A DNA stretch of 64,000 bases from Opitutaceae bacterium (GTDB lineage Bacteria; Verrucomicrobiota; Verrucomicrobiia; Opitutales; Coraliomargaritaceae). Positions 59,925 through 64,000 of the stretch are shown here, piece after piece. Position numbers and translations under genes: made by a program. Position 1 is the first letter of the stretch; each line of letters starts with the position of its first letter. The notes beneath the pieces are model-generated. The model did no database searches. It had not been told where the DNA came from and was given only the letters and a program-made list of their open reading frames with translations. The DNA is taken from NCBI GenBank assembly GCA_051252375.1, contig JBPOFY010000003.1:320001-384000 (forward strand), given 5' to 3'.

Positions 59925-59993
59925 GTAGGGTTCGATATCCTTATCGAACCGCCGCTTCACAACTCTCGGCGCGTTAAGGATAACACGCCCTAC
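59925..59993. repeat. Inverted doublet of GTAG-type REP-like palindromes
   Basis: GTAG-GGTTCGATA-TCCT-TATCGAACC on the + strand (59925..59950) and GTAG-GGCGTGTTA-TCCT-TAACGCGCC on the - strand (59968..59993). Confidence 0.75.
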
Positions 59994-60027
59994 CATCTCT
60001 GATAGATCAACATTGTTGCAGAATGCT

Positions 60028-60495
60028 TTAGCGCACGGGTCCGACCACTGCGACTGGGTCAACTAGCATCAGTGCAATCGAGATACAGTAGAGCACTAAG
60101 CCGATGCAAAGTATACTGCCGCCGACGGCGTAGGCGCGTGTCTTAGTGTCACGTCGTTCTAGTGCTTGAGCCAGTGCGTTCTCTTTGTCTTCTGCGACCA
60201 TTGCAGTTACCCAGCGCACGCGCATGACGCGAAGGAATACCCAGATGGCGCTACTTAAGGAAACGAATAATCCGGCGACTAGGAATATCTGAGCCATTAG
60301 GCTACTGCCGGCAATCAAGCGCCCGGAAAATCCTGTTACAGTGACAACCATGCCCGCCAAACTCAGTAGCACTTGTGCGCGCGTGTAAATCACATCGAGT
60401 TGCTTTTGCGCGACGTTGAGTGCGGCTAACAAATCATTGTTTGTTAGTTCAAGAATCGCTTTGGCTTCAGCTAGAGTTGTGGCGGGTATGCTCAT
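60028..60495 (-). CDS. Small 3-TM hypothetical membrane protein
   Basis: 155-aa ORF with three hydrophobic helices and a charged loop. Confidence 0.75.
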   Translation of the reverse strand: MSIPATTLAEAKAILELTNNDLLAALNVAQKQLDVIYTRAQVLLSLAGMVVTVTGFSGRLIAGSSLMAQIFLVAGLFVSLSSAIWVFLRVMRVRWVTAMVAEDKENALAQALERRDTKTRAYAVGGSILCIGLVLYCISIALMLVDPVAVVGPVR

Positions 60496-60616
60496 ATTTA
60501 AATACGTTAAACGCGAATTCTGTAAACGAGTTTTCCGAATAGGAATTCTAGGTTTCTAATTGATTGTCGATCAGTCACAATTCTAATGCATCGCGTTAAA
60601 AATGTGGTCACTCTTA

Positions 60617-60747
60617 TAGTGTTCGGAAAACTCTTAGGCGACATGCGCACTTTGCTGCCTATCCGCCCTGCGGTCACGTATGTATATACGCTCCCTTGGG
60701 CGTCAGTTGCAAAGCACACATCTCATCCTATTGCATAATCCGGGTTA
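60617..60747. repeat. ERIC-like / MITE-like long imperfect hairpin
   Basis: Arms TAGGCGACATGCGCACTTTGC and GCAAAGCACACATCTCATCCTA pair imperfectly around a core CGGTCACGTATGTATATACGCTCC. Confidence 0.5.
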
Positions 60748-60782
60748 AAAAACGCCGTCGAATCAATTGATACGACGGCGTT
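60747..60782 (-). terminator. Intrinsic terminator of the SDR operon
   Basis: Stem AACGCCGTCG/CGACGGCGTT followed by a U-run on the - strand, about 25 nt after the SDR stop. Confidence 0.8.
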
Positions 60783-60806
60783 GAAATTAGATCAAGTATG
60801 GATCGT

Positions 60807-61580
60807 TTACAAGCGTGGCATCGTCAGTCCGCCGTCGATCATGATGACTTGTCCCGTGGAATACGGGAAGTCGCCTGTGGCGAGTGAACCTACGGCTTTG
60901 CCGATATCTTCAGGAAAGCCCCAGCGTTTCGTTACACAGAGACCGTCTTCGATTAGAGCATCGTATTTGCCGGTCACGCCGCTCGTCATGTCGGTCTTGA
61001 TCACGCCAGGACGAATCTCGTAAACGGGGATGCCATATTCACCGAGACGCGCTGCAAAGAGCTGGCTCATCATGGCGATGCCGGCCTTCGATACACAGTA
61101 TTCACCGCGGTTTACGGAAACGACTGTGGCCGAAATGGAACCGACATTGATGATACTGTAAAAGCCATCCGTATCGGCTGCCTTTTGCTCAATCATCCAG
61201 TTCGCGGCTGCCTGTGAAAGGAAATAGGGACCTTTCACGTTGGTGCCGACGACGTAGTCGAAACTTTCCTCGGATGCTTCTAAGATGTCTTTGCGTTCTT
61301 TGGGAGCGACACCCGCATTGTTGACCAATACGTTGAGGCGACCGAATTTTGCTTTGATCTTGTCGAGCATCGAGGCACGCGCATCGGCAGAACCGATGTC
61401 ACCTTGGCAATAGACTACGTCTGCACCAAGTGCTTTAAGCGCTTCGATTGGTTCAGCGAGGGCGGACTCATCACGCATGCCATTAATGGCGATATCGAAT
61501 CCGAGTTTAGCCAGTTGTGCGGCACAGCCGAAGCCAATGCCTCGAGAGCCGCCGGTGACAAATGCGACAGGTTTATTCAT
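60807..61580 (-). CDS. Short-chain dehydrogenase/reductase (3-ketoacyl-ACP-reductase-like, probably a sugar-acid SDR)
   Basis: TGGSRGIG, NNAG, YCVSK. True start is the ATG at 61580; the longer ORF only translates the upstream repeats. Confidence 0.93.
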   Translation of the reverse strand: MNKPVAFVTGGSRGIGFGCAAQLAKLGFDIAINGMRDESALAEPIEALKALGADVVYCQGDIGSADARASMLDKIKAKFGRLNVLVNNAGVAPKERKDILEASEESFDYVVGTNVKGPYFLSQAAANWMIEQKAADTDGFYSIINVGSISATVVSVNRGEYCVSKAGIAMMSQLFAARLGEYGIPVYEIRPGVIKTDMTSGVTGKYDALIEDGLCVTKRWGFPEDIGKAVGSLATGDFPYSTGQVIMIDGGLTMPRL

Positions 61581-61696
61581 AAGTTTGGAAGTTGGGAAGT
61601 TGGGAAGTTTGGAAGTTTGGAAGTTGGGAAGTTGAGAAGTTGGGAAGTTGAAAACATCAGAACCTCTCAACCTCTTAGCATCAGAACTTTGAACTG
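61581..61696. repeat. Octamer tandem repeats (9 units of AAGTT[G/T][G/A][G/A]) followed by a degenerate inverted arm
   Basis: 61581..61652 reads aagtttgg aagttggg aagttggg aagtttgg aagtttgg aagttggg aagttgag aagttggg aagttgaa. The reverse complement of 61653..61696 reads aagttctg atgctaag aggttgag aggttctg. Confidence 0.9.
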
Positions 61697-61700
61697 AATG

Positions 61701-62852
61701 CTACGCTTTCAGTTCAGGAAGATCGAGCCACTTGCGTTGCTCGGAGCTTTGGATGCCGACTTCGGCAAGTTGCACACCCTTGGCACCTTCGAGGAGTGTC
61801 CAGCGGAATGGCTCATCGAGCACTACGTGACGTAGGAAGAGCTCCCACTGAATCTTGAAGGCATTGTCGTAAGTCTCTTGCTCAGGCACTTTCTGCCAGC
61901 CGTCGAAGAAGTCGATTGGGTTTGGAACATCTGGATTCCAAGTCGGGCGTGGTGTGTTGCCGTAGTGCTGTGTCCAAACATCGCGCAGGCCGACGATCGC
62001 GGATCCCTTGGTGCCGTCGACTTGCATAGTGAGCAGGTCATCGCGGCGCACGCGGACATTCCATGAGGAGTTGAAGTGGCAGACCACACCGTTTTCGAGT
62101 TCGAAAGTGGAGTAGGCTGAATCGTCAGCAGTGCACTTGTAAGGCTTACCTTCTTCGTCGATACGCTCAGGGATGTGCGTCGCTGCGAGGCAGGAGACGC
62201 TCTTCACCTTGCCGAAGAGGTTGTCGATCACGTAGCGCCAGTGGCAAAGCATGTCGACGATCATGCCGCCGCCGTCTTCCTTACGGTAGTTCCATGAAGG
62301 GCGTTGTGCTGGAATGGTGTGGCCTTCGAATACCCAGTAGCCGAACTCACCACGCACGGAGAGGATTTCGCCAAAGAAATCGTTCTCTACGAGGCGTTGG
62401 AATTTTTGCATACCTGGCAACCAGAGCTTGTCTTGAACGACACCATTTTTCACACCGGCATCGCGGCAGATTTCGTAGAGCTTGTAAGCGTCTTCTGTCT
62501 TAATCGCAGTCGGCTTTTCACAGTAGACGTGTTTGCCAGCGGCTGCTGCTGCCTGCACTGCTGGGAAGCGGCGAAGTGTGGTTTGCGAATCGAAGTAGAT
62601 CGGATACGCAGGATCTGTCATCACGCTGTCGAGGTCCGTTGTATATTTTTCAACACTAGTCTTGGCGATGAGCTCTTTGAGCTTTGTCTCATTGCGGCCG
62701 ACGAGAATCGGATCCGGCATGATAACTTCAGTCGGGCTGATTTTAACGCCGCCTTGTTTAATGATCGCGTCGATGGAACGAAGCAAATGCTGGTTAGTGC
62801 CCATGCGCCCTGTGACGCCGTTCATGATGATGCCGATTTTATGTGTTTTCAT
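61701..62852 (-). CDS. Gfo/Idh/MocA family NAD(P)-dependent oxidoreductase
   Basis: [29 protein letters not shown]. Confidence 0.93.
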   Translation of the reverse strand: MKTHKIGIIMNGVTGRMGTNQHLLRSIDAIIKQGGVKISPTEVIMPDPILVGRNETKLKELIAKTSVEKYTTDLDSVMTDPAYPIYFDSQTTLRRFPAVQAAAAAGKHVYCEKPTAIKTEDAYKLYEICRDAGVKNGVVQDKLWLPGMQKFQRLVENDFFGEILSVRGEFGYWVFEGHTIPAQRPSWNYRKEDGGGMIVDMLCHWRYVIDNLFGKVKSVSCLAATHIPERIDEEGKPYKCTADDSAYSTFELENGVVCHFNSSWNVRVRRDDLLTMQVDGTKGSAIVGLRDVWTQHYGNTPRPTWNPDVPNPIDFFDGWQKVPEQETYDNAFKIQWELFLRHVVLDEPFRWTLLEGAKGVQLAEVGIQSSEQRKWLDLPELKA

Positions 62853-62871
62853 AAGTTTTAATATATGTGTT

Positions 62872-62970
62872 GAGGTTTGAGAGGTTTGAGAGGTTGGGAA
62901 GTTTTGAAGTTGAGAGGTGGGGAAGTTTTGAAGTTGGGAGGTTGGGAAGTTTTGAGGTTGGGATGTTTTG
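62872..62970. repeat. Octamer tandem repeats (GA[A/G]GTT[G/T][G/T/A]), left arm of the four-helix-bundle cassette
   Basis: About 12 units such as gaggttgg gaagtttt gaagttga gaagttgg gatgtttt. Confidence 0.88.
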
Positions 62971-62980
62971 GTTTTAGCGG

Positions 62981-63352
62981 TTACTTTTTGTTTTGTTCTA
63001 GATAGCGGAGGAATCCGCCAAGTAAATTTGCTACGGTGATTGCTTGAGCGTGGAATTTTTCGAAAGTGCTTTGGTCGATGTATTTTGCGTCTAGTAAACT
63101 GTATAGCTGGGAACGAAACTCGTATGCGGAGGCGAGTGCTATTCTTAAGAAGCGAATGAACTCTTGATTGGTGCCTCTTCCAAAGCCTTCTGCGATGTTA
63201 GAACCGACGGAGATGGCTGATCGTCTGATTTGGTCTTTGAGTCCGAAGTCCTTAGCGAGCTCGTCACTTTGACAGAGCTCATAGGTCCAACTGGCAAGCT
63301 TGCGTGCTTCCTGCCATGCTTGGATGTCCTCAAACTTTTCGATCTTACTCAT
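62981..63352 (-). CDS. Four helix bundle protein (23S rRNA intervening-sequence protein family)
   Basis: [42 protein letters not shown]. Confidence 0.93.
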   Translation of the reverse strand: MSKIEKFEDIQAWQEARKLASWTYELCQSDELAKDFGLKDQIRRSAISVGSNIAEGFGRGTNQEFIRFLRIALASAYEFRSQLYSLLDAKYIDQSTFEKFHAQAITVANLLGGFLRYLEQNKK

Positions 63353-63402
63353 AAACCTTATAGCTTCTAAACTTCAGAACGTCTAAACTTAATATAAACC
63401 TC
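63353..63402. repeat. Degenerate inverted octamer arm on the right of the four-helix-bundle gene
   Basis: Reverse complement reads gaggttta..aagtttag acgttctg aagtttag aagctata aggttt. Confidence 0.65.
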
Positions 63403-64000
63403 CTACACATGAGCACGATAGGCTTCGACTATCTTGCTCAGATACTCGTCTTGGTCCGTTGCCCAGTGTCGAGTGGAGAAGACTTCGACTTCGATCCAGT
63501 CGGCAAAGCCTGCGGCGGTTTCGACCAGTTGGCGGATACCGCGGTTGTCGATGCAACCTTCGCCCATGAGGCCACGGTCGTTGAGCATGTCATTGGTCGG
63601 AGTCATCCAATCGCAAACGTGGAAACCGATGATGCGCTTACCGGCACGCTTGACTTCTTGCTCTAGGCAAGGGTCCCACCAGATGTGGTAGACGTCGGCT
63701 GCGATGCCAACCCATTCCTCGCCGATCTGATCGATCATGTCGTTGCATTGACCAATCGTGTTTACTGCGCTACGGCAGTCGGCATACATGGGGTGGAGTG
63801 GTTCGATCGAAAGTTTGACGCCAACTTTTGACGCGTGGTCGACGAGTGAAGCGATCCCTTCTGTGATGTGGCGGCGGTTTTCCGAAAGGCTTAGCTCTGG
63901 CTTGGCGCCACAGACGAGGACTACTTGAGGTGCGCCGACTGCGGCTGCTTCGTCGAGTGCCTTGATATTGTCATCGAATGACGCCTGTTTTTCTGTGGCA
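63403..64000 (-). CDS. Sugar phosphate isomerase/epimerase (AP_endonuc_2), 5' end outside the window
   Basis: The frame stays open to the window edge: ...ALDEAAAVGAPQVVLVCG...LSIEPLHPMYADCRS...DVYHIWWD...FHVCDW...DRGLMGEG...EVEVFS. Confidence 0.9.
   Translation of the reverse strand, partial: ATEKQASFDDNIKALDEAAAVGAPQVVLVCGAKPELSLSENRRHITEGIASLVDHASKVGVKLSIEPLHPMYADCRSAVNTIGQCNDMIDQIGEEWVGIAADVYHIWWDPCLEQEVKRAGKRIIGFHVCDWMTPTNDMLNDRGLMGEGCIDNRGIRQLVETAAGFADWIEVEVFSTRHWATDQDEYLSKIVEAYRAHV

Noticed and set aside
61581..61670. N-terminal extension (FPTSQLPNFQTSKLPNF) of the SDR ORF
   Set aside because: It is only the translation of the octamer repeats; the SDR fold begins at the ATG at 61580.
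61581..62970. Octamer arrays as a CRISPR array
   Set aside because: Units are 8 nt and contiguous, with no unique spacers and no cas genes.
62981..63352. Diversity-generating retroelement (Avd-like gene) or rRNA intervening sequence
   Set aside because: No reverse transcriptase, TR/VR pair or rRNA gene is present in the window.

Overview
A 64-kb window from a Verrucomicrobiota genome, most likely a marine Opitutia/Puniceicoccales (Coraliomargarita/Lentimonas-like). This assignment is inferred from the PEP-CTERM protein, the verrucomicrobial-type LacI regulators, the lamin-tail/CotH protein and the giant pilin-leader protein. Most of the window is a cluster for degrading a sulfated fucose-containing polysaccharide. 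It holds a partial GH36, two tandem GH95s, three beta-helix proteins carrying the fucoidan-lyase (FdlA/PL43-like) catalytic motifs, a heparinase-II/III-like lyase, GH39, a malectin-GH3, an SGNH esterase, two S1 sulfatases plus a sulfatase remnant, two sodium:solute symporters, three LacI regulators and sugar redox enzymes. Several modules are not explained by sugar catabolism. (i) A tight four-gene operon encodes VTC polyphosphate-polymerase domain, DUF4956, HlyD and TolC with no ABC/RND pump; it is a candidate synthesis-coupled polyphosphate export system, and a giant secreted CotH-kinase protein lies 14 kb away. (ii) A carbamoyltransferase-SxtJ-DUF5989-TPR module sits inside the catabolic operon. 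(iii) A giant pilin-leader protein is followed by two paralogous exported partners. (iv) A four-helix-bundle gene is enclosed by inverted octamer-repeat arms, with an 'empty' version of the same structure one gene away. (v) There are REP-like and ERIC-like hairpin elements. I saw no rRNA, tRNA, CRISPR array or transposase. All family assignments come from motif recognition by eye, not from database searches.
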